A stretch of 64,000 nucleotides of DNA. It comes from Octopus sinensis (Eukaryota). A program made the position numbers and the translations under genes. The notes under the pieces are model-generated. The model made no database searches. It saw nothing but the letters and a program-made list of their open reading frames with translations, and had not been told where the DNA came from. Below are positions 1 to 12,830 of this stretch, one piece after another (position 1 is the first letter of the stretch; the number at the start of each line of letters is the position of its first letter). Where the stretch lies: positions 173,910,001 to 173,974,000 of the forward strand of contig NC_042997.1 of NCBI RefSeq assembly GCF_006345805.1, in the 5' to 3' direction.

Positions 1-24
1 ATATAGTGACCACTCTCTTATATT

Positions 25-56
<32 letters not shown>

Positions 57-482
57 GGGTGTTCATAACGGTTGTGATATATGCTGGTAGACTCTAGAAA
101 GAAACGATAGACTAGTCTGTAGTAATGATATGGCAATGTAAGTAGGAGGTCATCACGGATAAAATCTTAAAATTGAAAATTACCCCTTACAGATTTTTTC
201 CCTTCAGTTTTATTTTTAAGGTTTACACTCGTGATGATCTTCATTCCAAACTATGTCGTACCAGAACTACGAACTCACCTTGTGTTTATTTCTGGAGTAT
301 AACAGAGCACATCACAAATATTATGAACATACCTTGGTAGTGCTTTTACCGATCCCTTGTGATTTGTATTCTTTTATGCATCCGTTTCCTTCTATATGTT
401 GTGTAAATATGTTATAATATGATCCGATACTTACTGTTTGCCTGTCTATCCTTTGATTCTAATATATATACATACAAACATA

Positions 483-570
483 TGTATATACCATACATAC
501 ATGCATACATACATACATACATACATACATACATACATACATACATACATACATACATACATACATACAT
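483..570. repeat. (CATA)n microsatellite
   Basis: Direct tandem CATA run; source of spurious HTYI/MYVC ORFs. Confidence 0.95.
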
Positions 571-1375
571 CATATATACGTATATACGTTCATACATAAA
601 CAAATACATACATAGAATACACACATTCACACGCACACATACACATGTACATGCGCATAAACACAGGAATAAATGAGTTTGGGTATATAGCAACGAGTGA
701 ATTGAATAAACAAATGAAACCATTTACAAACAAATCAGCATCTGAAAGACAATCAGTAGAGTTCGAAGTGTCGTGTAGTCATCAACATGGAAGCATACAT
801 AGGTACACTTACTTGTATGTATAGCACATTTACTAAGATACTGTCAAATGCTGGAAAGTCTAACTAACTCTCCAGCAAAAGAAATATAACGGCTTTTAAA
901 TTGATTTTGTTCATCTATATTTCACGGAATTAATAGTAAAATTATTGGGTTATTTCTGAAAACTTTATCCAAAGAAAAAATTTTGAAAGCGTAGCCTGTG
1001 TTGTGTCTGTATCAAAAATAATTGTTCCTCTGCTACTCATTGAAAAGAGAAGGAAATTTGAATACGATGATTAATTGATGCACTTCAAATATAGACTTTA
1101 TATACTTTAAGCACAGTTTTATAGACTTAATACACAGCACTCTCCCTCTTTCTCTCTTACTCTTCGTCTTGCCCTCTTTTTCTCTCACCTTTTTCTTTCG
1201 CTTTTTGCCTTTCCCTTCAACTGATCACGTGAAAGTATTACAGACAGGCTAAGTAACGGAGAAAAAAAACAGTTTAAAAAAGTTTACATTTCACACCAGA
1301 ACCCCCTCCCCTCCCCCCTCAACTTATCGCGTGGAAGCGTGACGGAAGGGCTAAGTAACGGAGTGACAAGGTGAA

Positions 1376-1745
1376 TTATTACCTATGCCTTAGCGAATGC
1401 GGAGGTATTGTTTTCAATTGTGTTTGTTTTGTTTTTTTTTTTTGTCCTTGGACAAGATATCTCAAGAACCGCCGGATGGATTCGGATGAAACTTTCAGGG
1501 ATATTTGGGCTCGAGACTGGCACGAACTGTTCAAATTTTGGGATCGATCCGATTCGGGACAAGGATTTTTTCCGTTCTTTGACTTAATTTTTGAGAGCGG
1601 TCGGGTTCATTTTTAGTATTCTCGTTTGTGAGAGCAGTCAAGTTTATTTCAGATATTTTCATTTTAAACATCATCTCCGGCTAATCGTTGAGAGGACGTT
1701 GGTGTTGCCTTGGCGGAAGTTTGCGCTCTGTGAGTGCTCTTGTTA
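1376..1745 (+). mobile_element. Non-autonomous Helitron/Helentron-like element (ATTACCT...CCTTGGCGG type)
   Basis: Starts TTATTACCTATGCCTTAGCGAATGCGGAGG; near the 3' end has GCCTTGGCGGAAG followed by a GCGCTCTGTGAGTGC hairpin and CTTGTT. This architecture matches recalled Helentron-associated interspersed elements. Confidence 0.6.
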
Positions 1746-2449
1746 TAAGATATTTTAATATCGAAATAGCCCTCCAAGGCTATTCAGCGAGCAAGTATAA
1801 AGTAGCGTAAATCTAAAGACTTCTATCAGAGTGAGCGTGACTACATTAGAAGAAAGTGTATGAAGCAAACCCTTGTGAAAACGAATCCTTAATTCAAACA
1901 GTATAAATAAGTTGTTATACGCACACATAGAGTATACAATAATCATTTACGAGAATTCGCAAGTATTTTACACCCAAACAGACATACATTTTTGTTTATC
2001 TTACACTCATTACCCAAACGTTTCAATACACACACACACACACACAAACACACAGAGTAACATAGTGTTGCGCTTTGAGAGTGTTTTTAACTGTTGCACT
2101 TACACCCAAGCAAACACAAATTTTTGTTTATCTCATACATATACTATAAATATATACACCATAATAGAATATTCTATAAACATTTATGAGAATTTGGAAA
2201 GATTTCCACGCGTAAGCAGATATAAATTTTAGTTTATCTTAATAGCAGGGTCATGAAAGTCTGGAGCAGTGAGGGAGAAAAAAAACAACAAAGCAAACAA
2301 AAAAGAAGGAAAAAACACAGAAATAACAACGACCATCGTGGAATGGAATGAGAAGGAAAGACATACCATGTTCCCACAAACACAAGACACTTTAGGAGGA
2401 ATGTATGAGAAGGAAGTAAACATGCTGCTTTATCATACTCTTTCTTTAT

Positions 2450-2900
<451 letters not shown>

Positions 2901-3184
2901 TACCAAGGTGAAATCTGTCTTCCATCCTTTCGGGAATAGATCAATAGTGCAAAGCTGTGGATCATTAGATTAGCAGGATTTTTTGAGCATCAAGCAAGGT
3001 GCCTGAAGATATCTTTTCTGGCTTTGTTCGTTCTGAGTTCAAATTTCGCCTCGTTTTCCTGAACTACGACAAACAGATAATACAATATAAACGGTAGGAA
3101 AAGAATCAATGGAAAACATAGTGTCCTTGGTTCGATTACATAATAGGTTGGCTCTAACTCCACAATATATATATTCTTTTGATC

Positions 3185-3372
3185 CTTTTACTTGTTTCAG
3201 TCATTTGACTGCAGCCATGCTAGAGCACCGCCTTAACGGGTTTTAGAAATCGACCCCAGGACTTATTCTTTGTAATCTTAGTACTTATTTGATCAGTCCG
3301 CTAAGTTACGGGGGCATAAACACACCAGCATCAGTTGTCAAGCGATGGTGGGAGGACCAACTCGGACACACA
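3185..3372 (-). mobile_element. SINE family B, 3' half only
   Basis: Reverse complement of the tail ...GGTGCTCTAGCATGGCTGCAGTCAAATGACTGAAACAAGTAAAAG seen in full copies at 59219 and 61542. Confidence 0.9.
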
Positions 3373-3415
3373 CACATAAATACATATATGTGTGTGTGTG
3401 TGTGTGTGTTTGACA

Positions 3416-3600
3416 GTGTTTGTCCCCCGACCATAGCTTGACAACAGATGTTGGTGTGCTTACATCCCTGTAACTTAGCGGTTCGGCCAAAGAGACCGAT
3501 AAAATAAGTACTAGGTTTACAAAGAATAAGTCCTGGGGTCGATTTGTTCCACTAAAGGCGGTGCTCCAGAATAGCCGCAGTCAAATGACTGAAACAAATA
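3416..3600 (+). mobile_element. SINE family B, 3' half only
   Basis: TGTTTGTCCCCC...CTTGACAACAGATG...GAATAAGTCCTGGGGTCGATTTG...GCAGTCAAATGACTGAAACAA. Confidence 0.9.
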
Positions 3601-3737
3601 ATAGGATAAATAAAGGAATATATATATAAAAATGTTTAATAAAATAAAATAAAATAAAATAAAATTAGGGAGAATACATATGGGGTAATAGCGAAAAGTT
3701 GGATATTTATAAACAAATTGTAAAAGGGAACAATAAC

Positions 3738-3800
<63 letters not shown>

Positions 3801-3801
<1 letters not shown>

Positions 3802-4346
3802 CAGTACCAGGCAGTGGCTCTCGTGGCTTCTGATCTTAACTGATTGGAAGTGTTATCATGTACATTGTTTTGTCTTGGTATAAAAGATGGGCTACAGCAA
3901 ATATTCTGCTCAATACCACAGATTTGCTTGTCAGTTGTTTGACCTTAACCAGTTGAGCATGTCCCTTAGTGGCTGACGATATGTGCATCTCTGATCACGA
4001 ACAGAAGTAGTGGGGGAGCATCATAGCCATGTGTTGAGAGGGATTCTTTGGGGTTTGAATAGTTCACCTCTGGAAACATGGGTGGTTCTTTCAACATCCT
4101 TAAACAACCCTTATTCAGGGACCGTTTGAGCGGGATGGGCTACTCAACCTGAAGAAAATTCTAACCGGGCCCCACCTGCAAGGTCATGTGCTGTTTATCT
4201 CGATATGAGATCACCATGTCGCGCACATATGGTTGTGATGCATGTGCCTGGTGTACCTTTATCAGACGGGTAGTCATGATGGGTATATTGGGCTTCGTAT
4301 ATTTTACCCCAGTGTCACTTTGATGGCATGAACTGCTCTCTCACTC
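3801..4346 (+). mobile_element. ~550-bp non-coding element inserted in a (TAA)n tract (probable non-autonomous R4/Dong-dependent retroelement)
   Basis: Complex sequence GCAGTACCAGG...CTCTCTCACTC flanked by (TAA)n at 3732-3800 and AATAGTAATAATAAT at 4347-4361; no ORF. Strand inferred from the TAA tail. Confidence 0.55.
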
Positions 4347-4774
4347 AATAGTAATAATAATAGTGAGACAGACGAAAGAGAAAAGAAATATACATCATTG
4401 TATATGCAAGTCTATATGTACAGCAAGATATAACATAAAACTAAAAATCTAACGGATATGTTTTTAAAAAATGGTAACAGATCAAGACGAAGTATAGAGT
4501 AAACAAGGCCACGTGTGTATAGTAGAATATATTGCAACAAGTACACTAACAGAAAAAACCATAGAGAGTTATACGTATACATAGTAATATTGAAAAAATA
4601 TGTATATTACAACAGGCTTAAAGCTGATAGGCAAGGCTATGTTTGAAAAGATACAATATTTAAATAAAAATGTACATGCAAGCAGAGAAAATAACCAAAA
4701 AGGAAAAGTAACCATTACAGACAGGGCCGGTCGGTGTAATCCCCCGGTAGGGGAGACAATAAAAAATAATCATC

Positions 4775-5200
4775 CTATTTGACATTGATAGTTAATATCA
4801 ATCGATTAGTCCTATTCTAATTAATAAGGCTCTTATCTTCGCAAAAATAGGACTAACTTATCAATGAAGGAAATAAAAGATATACTTTAGGAGAGGAAGA
4901 CCATAATTCATCACCAAGGAAAATTTTGGACTCGAAAGGACACACCAGACTGCTTTGATATACCAATGGGCGCGCACGACTCAGATATAGTCGGGGTTTA
5001 TTTACTACACCTACTCCATGAGGAGCTTGAAGAATTTGAAGGTGGTCTCTATACAGATAATGCTCTGTTTGTGGTTCGAAATTCCTCCAACGGTAAAAAT
5101 CGAAATATATCAGAAGAAACTTATATAATTATGAAAATGAATGGTTCTATCTTAAATTCGAGAGATAAAAGAGGTTTTTCTTGTTAACATATGTCTAAAT
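4775..5200 (+). mobile_element. Penelope-like element reverse transcriptase fragment (decayed)
   Basis: Translates with stops and frameshifts to FDIDS*YQSISP..KALIFA..RKTIIHHQGKFWTRKD...FDIPMGAHDSDIVGVYLLHLL...GGLYTDNAL, matching the PLE RT motifs FDI..FYPSI, FDVTMG and GGLYRDD. Confidence 0.8.
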
Positions 5201-5469
5201 TCTTGTTCATTAATCTTAATTAGTCTTATTGATTATCTCTTTTTCATTTTTTATTATTTCTTATATCTGTAAGTATATCTGTATGTATGTCTTCTCTGTG
5301 TGTGCATGTACATATGTGTGGCTGTGTAGGTATGTTTATGCACTTGTGATCATGTTTTTATATGTATGTGTATGTGTGTATGTATATATATATATATATT
5401 ATATATATATATATATATATAGATATATATATATATATATTATATATATATATATGTCTGTATATATAT

Positions 5470-5521
<52 letters not shown>

Positions 5522-5859
5522 GGGTGTGTATTTTTATGTGTATGTATACTATTATATATATATGTATTATCCTTATTTTTACTTTTATTACTCTTGTCTT
5601 TTACTTCTATTACTTTTATTTCTTACTTTATTTTTTAACTTTTATTTTTTCTTTCTATCTTATACACGCTAATTAAATATAAACTCAATCCAATCTATTT
5701 AATATTCACTCTAAGCTGAATGGTGGTACAGTATGGGCAGATTTTTGAAATACAACGAACCTTTATACAAATATACTTTTCCAAGGATATATGACAAACA
5801 TATTATAATTAGTAGTGTACTTTTTATTTTGTGATGTAATCTTTGGACTAACAATGCTT

Positions 5860-5950
5860 GCGGCTGAAGAGAGCTTTAAACCATCTTTTATATCAATAAT
5901 ATATTGATGTAATAACAGATTGTTTATAAATCTTGAAACACGTGTACCGC
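5860..5950 (+). ncRNA. Type I hammerhead ribozyme-like motif, long stem II
   Basis: GCGG(5860-63) CTGAAGA(5864-70) [stem II hairpin 5871-5934] GAA(5935-37) ACACGTGT(5938-45, palindromic stem III) A(5946) CCGC(5947-50). Stem I GCGG/CCGC is perfect; triplet GUA; first stem II pair is G-U. Confidence 0.7.
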
Positions 5951-5989
5951 GATATCCTTTGTGTTCTGTTTTTAATTTATGTTTGATAT

Positions 5990-6053
<64 letters not shown>

Positions 6054-6451
6054 TCGCATGTAGGTATGTATGTACGTGTATAATTGCATGCTTTTTTATT
6101 CGTTTGCGCATGAATGTATTTTATAATTATGTCTATATGTGTATATACTCGTATATGCATGTGTGTATGCATGTATACTTGTTTGTCTGTGTATGCATAC
6201 TTTTGTGTATGGATATATTAACACGCACGCATATATATTTATCTGCTTTGCAGATTTCGTTGTGTGCAAGATTTCCCTTTTTTGACCTGACCTGACCTGG
6301 TGCTTTACCATTTAAGTGCCTGAGTCCTGAACAAATTGCGTGTGTGTGCGCGCGTGTGTATGTGTGTGAATGTGTGTGCGTGCGTTTGCGAGCGCTCACC
6401 TGTACACGCGTACCAAGACATATAAGACAGTTATATATATATATATCTATA

Positions 6452-6521
<70 letters not shown>

Positions 6522-6677
6522 CATGTATGTATGTGTATATGTATATATACAGAGAAAGAGAGAGAGAGATTGACAGAAAGATAGATAGGTGGATAGTGTT
6601 GGAGTTTTTGTTTCCGATTCGAAATCTTGCTGTGACGCATTCGATTTGCATAATTGCTATTAATATCTATTTTCATT

Positions 6678-6872
6678 AAGGTGGCGAGCTGGCAGAATGC
6701 TCGGCGGCATTTCGCCCGTCATTACGTTCTGAGTTCAAATTCCGCTGAGGCCGACTTTACCTTTCATCCTTTCAGAGTCGATAAAATAAGTACCAGTTGC
6801 GTACTGCGGGTCGATGTAATCGAGTTACCCCCGACACCGAAATTGCTAGCCTTGCGTCTAAATTTGAAACTA
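6678..6872 (+). mobile_element. SINE family A (subtype A2 tail)
   Basis: AAGGTGGCGAGCTGGCAGAA head, GAGTTCAAATTCC B-box, tail ...GCCTTGCGTCTAAATTTGAAAC. Confidence 0.9.
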
Positions 6873-7397
6873 ATATATATTTTTCTTTTATTTTTATTTT
6901 TCTTCATTGAAACACTACTTATATTCTACATATTCGTACGTTTCTCTATGTAACACCAATATCAAATGGTACACCAATCATAAATTTAAGTCACAAAAAA
7001 ACTCCCCAAACAAATAAGAAAATAACAACGGGTAGTCTTTCACGAAGCTAACTTGAAGATTGTCGTTCGTTTCAAGAACGTGAAATTACTGATGATAATG
7101 ACTTTAAGAAACGATGTTAGTATTCTGGATCTCGGCCAGTAATTTTCTGGCTTCGAAAATCACTTGATTGTTCCTGTTGAACCTTTTCTTTCCGTTCTGC
7201 TTTGCAATCCAATCAGTGTTTGGATATGAAAGAAAGAAAGACAGAAAGGAAGAAAGGGACGTTGGAGAAGGTAGAGAAAAGATGGACGGAAAGTGTATGG
7301 GAAGGAAGGAAGGACGACTAGAAATAAAAGTTAGGATTTACGATTGTAGGCTTTCCATCCTTTACATACACAATTCCCCTCCACACGCACATGCACA

Positions 7398-7437
<40 letters not shown>

Positions 7438-7639
7438 CAGTTTTACAGAATTATTACTTCTCCCTTTGTTTTCGTTCCTCGTTCGTTTTGCGAAGCACAT
7501 CATCATCCCCGTATCTCTTCTCGCTGTCTTCCTTATAGATTGGTGCTCTTTGAGCCAAACCTAATTTTTGAAATGCAAGAGAAAAAAAATGAAAAGTGTA
7601 TGCATATATACGTACACACACTCACACGCACACAAACAC

Positions 7640-8075
7640 AGATACGTGCATACATACATACATACATACATACATACATACATACATGCATGCATACATA
7701 CATACATGCATGCATGCATACATACATACATACATACATGCATGCATACATACATACATACATGCATGCATGCATACATACATACATACATTCATACATA
7801 CATACATACATTCATACATACATACATACATACATACATACATACATGCATGCATGCATGCATACATACATTCATACATGCATGCATGCATACATACATA
7901 CATACATACATACATGCATGCATACATACATGCATGCATGCATGCATGCATACATACATACATACATACATACATACATACATGCATTCATACATACATA
8001 CATACATACATACATAAATACATGCATACATACATACATGCATGCATGCATGCATGCATACATACATACATACAT
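7640..8075. repeat. Compound (CATA)n/(CATG)n tetranucleotide array
   Basis: About 435 bp of interleaved CATA and CATG units. Confidence 0.95.
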
Positions 8076-8629
8076 ATCACACATGAGCATTTACGAGCTC
8101 TTTTGTAAATGCGGATATATGCATATGTCTGTCACTTGGTCTATAAGTGTGCGTATAGGAGTGTGCGCATGCTTGTGTATTAAGGCTTGCGCATGTGACT
8201 GCATATGGATTGTGTGTGTGCGTGTGTGTGTGTGCGTGTATGCGTGCGCATGTATGTGATTGTGTATTTGTGCCAGGGAAGAGGTTTAGAAAAAAAGGAG
8301 AAGGCGAGGCGATGTCTTGCTGTGTATTTTCATTACACATATAGAATGGTAATATATTTCGAATGCGCCTTTCGAACGTGATGGAATGCAAGTTGTGACT
8401 CTAGACTATGGGACGGTAGTGTGGCAGCTGCCGTCGTCGTCGGCGTCGCTGTTGTTGTTGGTGGTAGTGATAGTGATAGCAACGGCGATGGAGGCGCTGA
8501 CGATCTTTGTAATTTTGGTGATGATCGTTGCGACGGTTGTGGCCATCGTTGTATTGGTGGTGCAGATGGTGGTAGTTGTGGGGATGCTGATCGTAAAAGT
8601 AATAATAATGTTTGCTTGGGGTTATAGTA

Positions 8630-8820
8630 GTCGAAATAATTATTCTCGCTGTATAGCCCCAGGCTAGTGCTGAGTGGTTAAACCAATGATCAAAGACAGT
8701 CTATTCATGACCGTCCCTTCTTTTGAGTAGTATTTAGGACTATATTAATCAATGAGCTCTTTCCTTTCCCAATAATGAAGCATATGATTTGAGGGGTTCT
8801 CAGCTGCTACTTCGCAGGCC
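8630..8820 (-). mobile_element. Old SINE-like family D remnant
   Basis: ATAGCCCCAGGCTAG...CAATGATCAAAG...GATTTGAGGGG...GCTGCTACTTC is a degenerate reverse complement of segments at 33880-33960, 54930-55200 and 61030-61220, which end in CTAAACAACAAC-type tails. Confidence 0.45.
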
Positions 8821-9291
8821 TATGGCATCATAAAGGGTACCTGAAATGATGATAGCGGTAGTGGCGATAGTGGTGGTGTTGATGATTAAGTTGCTTATGG
8901 TGATAGTGATACTGGTTTTAGTAGTGATGTTGTCAGTTGTGATGGAAATGTTTGTAGTGGTGCGGTTGATGGTAGTTGTATGATATTTGAGAACTTTATA
9001 AATACACCTTATAACCAAAGTAGCAAGAGCACTTAAGCCCATAACCTTATTTTAGCTCTCTTTGACTTATTTATTCTGATGCATCTTAAAGTCTTCATCT
9101 TAAATTCTCTTTTCTTTGTGTCTATTGTATCTTTCCTACCTCGATAAAACCCTGGAATTTGTAAGTCTGTGTTTGGTCCACGTCCCTTATTACTCCCCTA
9201 TCTGCGATGATAATAGAATTCTTCTTATTTTAATTTTTCCATATTTGACTTAGCCTAAGCATATTTATATAAACCGAATTTAATATCCTTT

Positions 9292-9690
9292 CTACTAAAG
9301 GCTTAAAGCCTGAAATTTAGAGGGAGAGGATATTCGATTACATCGACGCCAGTATTTCACTGGTGCTTATCTATTTATCGATCCCGAAAGGATTAAAGAC
9401 AAAGTCGATCTAGGCGGAATTTGAACTCAGAACGTAACGGCAGACGAAATACCTATTTCTTTAATACCCATAAGGGGCTAAACACAGAGAGGACAAACAA
9501 GGACAGACAAAAGGATTAAGTCGATTATATCGACCCCAGTGCGTAACTGGTACTTATTTAATCGACCCCGAAAGGATAAAAGGCAAAGTCGACCTCGGCG
9601 GAATTTGAACCCAGAACGTAACGGCCGCAGACGAAATACGGTTACGCCTTTCGCCCGGCGTGCTAACGTTTCTGCCAGCTCGTCACCTTT
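9292..9690 (-). mobile_element. SINE family A head-to-tail dimer (full A1 plus 5'-truncated A2)
   Basis: Full copy at ~9454-9690, immediately followed in element orientation by a second copy starting at the internal TATTTCGTCTGCCGTTACG. Confidence 0.88.
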
Positions 9691-9896
9691 AAACCGTATT
9701 TAATATCAATGTCCTGAAAGCACGTACAGTATGTAATAATATTTGCACTTGTTTAACAACTCTACACCTTGAGGCCGTACATTTAAAATATATGCCTGTG
9801 TTCTTTATGTTAGTATTGTTCTTCATGCTAGTATTGTGCAAAAGTGCTAAGATAGACATATAGTTTGGAAATGTATTCCCATTTTCTATTTTGTTT

Positions 9897-10010
9897 CTAG
9901 ACTTCGGCAGTAATGACTCTCCGTTTTCCTACATTGCCACCATTTTCATTTGCCACGGGATTAGTTGTTTCTGGTGATGTAGTGTTTTTTGTTCTATAAT
10001 TTCCGTAATT
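9897..10010 (-). CDS. Candidate terminal exon (NYGNYRTKNTTSPETTNPVANENGGNVGKRRVITAEV*)
   Basis: Open 38 codons after a CATAG acceptor, non-repetitive composition. The acceptor is weak and no homology is recognised. Confidence 0.15.
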   Translation of the reverse strand, partial: NYGNYRTKNTTSPETTNPVANENGGNVGKRRVITAEV

Positions 10011-10839
10011 CTATGTTTCAAATTCAAGGTACACTTTCCCCTTTTATGTCCGAGCGAAATGATACAGTTTTAATTTGCGTTTTCACTCTATTATATTTGT
10101 ATATGGGAGACTGGATCTGTTTAGTCGGGTATGACTTGTGTACCGTAGTCGGTTGATATGTGGTGACTAATGGGCCATTAGTGCAAACATCTGGAATTCA
10201 TTATTTGCACGAGGCAAAAGTAAATGTATTGCAGTAGATTTATCTCTTAACATCTTTATCAATTGCTTTCGATTTTCTTCGATGCTAATGGATATATTTC
10301 GGAGTAATGAAATAGCTTATGTTACATTGTGCGTTCCTGGAGTCATTTCTGTGATTTTCCCTCCAATCATTCTCAGTTGTTTGACCCTGGTTTTCTTTTT
10401 GCTGTTTTTACCCTTTTCTTGCCAGTTATCATCGTTGTTGTCGTTGTCACCGTCGCCACCAGCACCACCATCACCACCAGCAACACCAGTACCACCACCT
10501 CCATCACCACCACCACTACCAAAAAATAACAACAACACCACCACCACCACCACCACCACCACCACCACCACCGCCGCCGCCGTAATCAACATCATCATCA
10601 TTATCATCATCATCATCTCTTTAACAGTTTCCGTTGTACCATGAGTTTCAACCGCTGTGTTCATAAGATAAGCATGTCCAGTTTTCCCGCAATATAGAAA
10701 CTGAAACTGAGAGTATGTTTCGCGACTGGAGTTTCACGTTAGTGCGATCTTGAGGCGAGAACTGTTACATCTCTATATTAGTAGCGTAATTGTTAGCTTT
10801 TAGTGTGTGTTGTGTGAGCGTGTGTGTGTATGTGTGTGA

Positions 10840-10874
<35 letters not shown>

Positions 10875-11069
10875 TGTGTTGTATATGGTGTGTGTGTGTG
10901 TTTGTTGTTTAGGGCGTGTGTGTGTTGCTTAGGGCGTGCGTGTGTTGTTTAGGGCGTGAGCTGGTTTGCTTCACGTCTTTATTGACTACGTTTGTATGTT
11001 ATATTAATTTTGTTTTGATGTGAGGTTTGCCTTTTTATGTAGCTGGTGTTACTTTAGTGTTTCCTCTGC

Positions 11070-11206
11070 TTATTGTGTTGAAAGTATGTAATGTGAGTCA
11101 TAACATTTCGTTGTGTAGCGATTGAATTCTGTACGTATACCAATTGTGTTATGCACAATTGTTTCAAAATGTTCACTATATGGTGTGTTTGACGCATGAG
11201 TTGTAT
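11070..11206 (-). CDS. Candidate phase-1 terminal exon (xTTHASNTPYSEHFETIVHNTIGIRTEFNRYTTKCYDSHYILSTQ*)
   Basis: Acceptor TTTTATCATTAATATAAG, open to TAA; followed downstream by the ~105-bp block also found after the 17117-17301 candidate. Confidence 0.2.
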
Positions 11207-11320
11207 CTTATATTAATGATAAAATGGCAATAGCTTAAAATAAGCTGTGTGAGTTCTTGGTGTATTATAGTTTTGGTTGTCGGTTATATAAAAACATTTG
11301 TGTTATTTTGGGGGCGGCTT

Positions 11321-11520
11321 AAGACGGTGAGCTGGCAGAATCGTTAGCACGTTGGGCGAAAAGCTTGCTGAATTTCGTCCGTTTTACGTTGTTTTTACTT
11401 TGCTTTTCACCCTTTAGGGTCGATGAAATAAGTACCCTTTCACCATTTGAACCCTGGGGGCGTTGTAATCGATTAACTCCCACCCACAAAATTTTAGGCT
11501 TTATGTTTATAATATTAAGA
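11321..11520 (+). mobile_element. SINE family A (A2, diverged)
   Basis: AAGACGGTGAGCTGGCAGAATCGTTAGCAC head; internal deletion. Confidence 0.8.
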
Positions 11521-11697
11521 TCTACTTTATTGAGTGATAATTACATAGAATGTGTACTCTGTATTGTTTTATATTATTGAGTAGGGACCTCAGTAAACAA
11601 TGAGCTGTGTGATTTCTACTGTTTTATTTTTCGTAGCACAGGCTAGCTGATTTGGTAGAATGTCGATCAAACTACCATTCGGTATTACGTTACTAAT

Positions 11698-11934
11698 AAA
11701 GCGGCGAGCTGGCAGAAACGTTAGCGCGCCGGGCGAAATGCTTAACGGTATTTCGTATGCCGTTACGTTCTGAGTTCAAATTCCGCCGAGGTCGACTTTG
11801 CCTTTCATCCTTTCGGGATCGATAAATTAAATACCAGTTACGCACTGGGGTCGATATAATCGCCTTAATCCGTTTGTCTGTTCTTGTTTGTCCTCTCTGT
11901 GTTTGGCCCCTTGTGGGTAGTAAAGAAACAGGTA
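11698..11934 (+). mobile_element. SINE family A (A1, full length)
   Basis: GCGGCGAGCTGGCAGAAACGTTAGC...GAGTTCAAATTCCGCCGAGG...GTGGGTAGTAAAGAAACAGGTA. Confidence 0.93.
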
Positions 11935-12830
11935 TTATGTTACTAATCTTTACGAACCTGAAAAAAATTACATCGTGGTTAACTTTCTTTTTCACTATTT
12001 CAAGATCGACAGAATAAATATTAGTCAAACACTGGAATCGATACCCCAACATATTTTGTTTTGTACCTGTCTTACACCAAGGCTAGTGTCCGCTTTATAA
12101 TATCTTATAGCATTCATTTACATTCCTTGTCGTCCTGAATTTAATTTAATTCACCTCAGAGTCAACAAGGCCTCTCATAATTGCAAAGTCGAAAAAAAAT
12201 CTACTAGTCAATGACTAAGGTTGATTAGACAGTTCATAGAAAGTTGGTGGATTATCAGAACTGACAGAATGCCAGATAAGATGCCTTGCTGTATTTGATA
12301 TTAAATTCTACGTCTCGAGTTCAAATCCAACTTGAGTTGGCTTTACTTTACAGTCTTTAACCAGCAATAAAATAAGTAGTTGTCTTGATCGATTAACTAT
12401 GTCATAAATCGTTCTCCTAATTATAATCACAAATGAAAGTATTGAACGGGCGGAAATGGTACACTGACGAATAGATATTAATAACGTTGATCAAATTCGA
12501 CATAGGTTAATCATAGGCCTGCTCAGTCAATGTTGATATAGGTCAGTTTTGAAGCAAAACCGATGATCGAGAGCGCTCCTGCCGTCTCTATAGCGGCATA
12601 TTGAAGTACATTCTCGAGTGATAGAATGTAATTCGAAGATTTGAATGTTATTTCTTAAGGGTCATATGTGACTCCATGGAGTCACCAACATCGCTATTTT
12701 TCTTGTTATCAATTTTAGCGAGAGTAAAAATTTGTCGACCCTTCACCCTAAATTGTTTTATTAGCAAGACATAAGAGAAGACAAGATAACAGACCGAGGA
12801 AAATTTTCCATCGGTATTTTATATATATAT

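Noticed and set aside
290-400. Possible minus-strand exon (GNGCIKEYKSQGIGKSTTK, donor AAG|GTATGT)
   Set aside because: Weak acceptor, competing donors and no recognisable homology or partner exon.
7168-8259. 363-aa ORF, the longest in the track
   Set aside because: Length comes from the stop-free (CATA/CATG)n array (HTYI/CMHA repeats); all overlapping frames are similarly open.
10317-10664. 115-aa minus-strand ORF resembling a single-pass membrane protein (hydrophobic stretch plus Gly linker)
   Set aside because: The hydrophobic and Gly segments are translations of (GAT)n/(GGT)n microsatellites; no homology recognised. A de novo micro-protein cannot be excluded without expression data.
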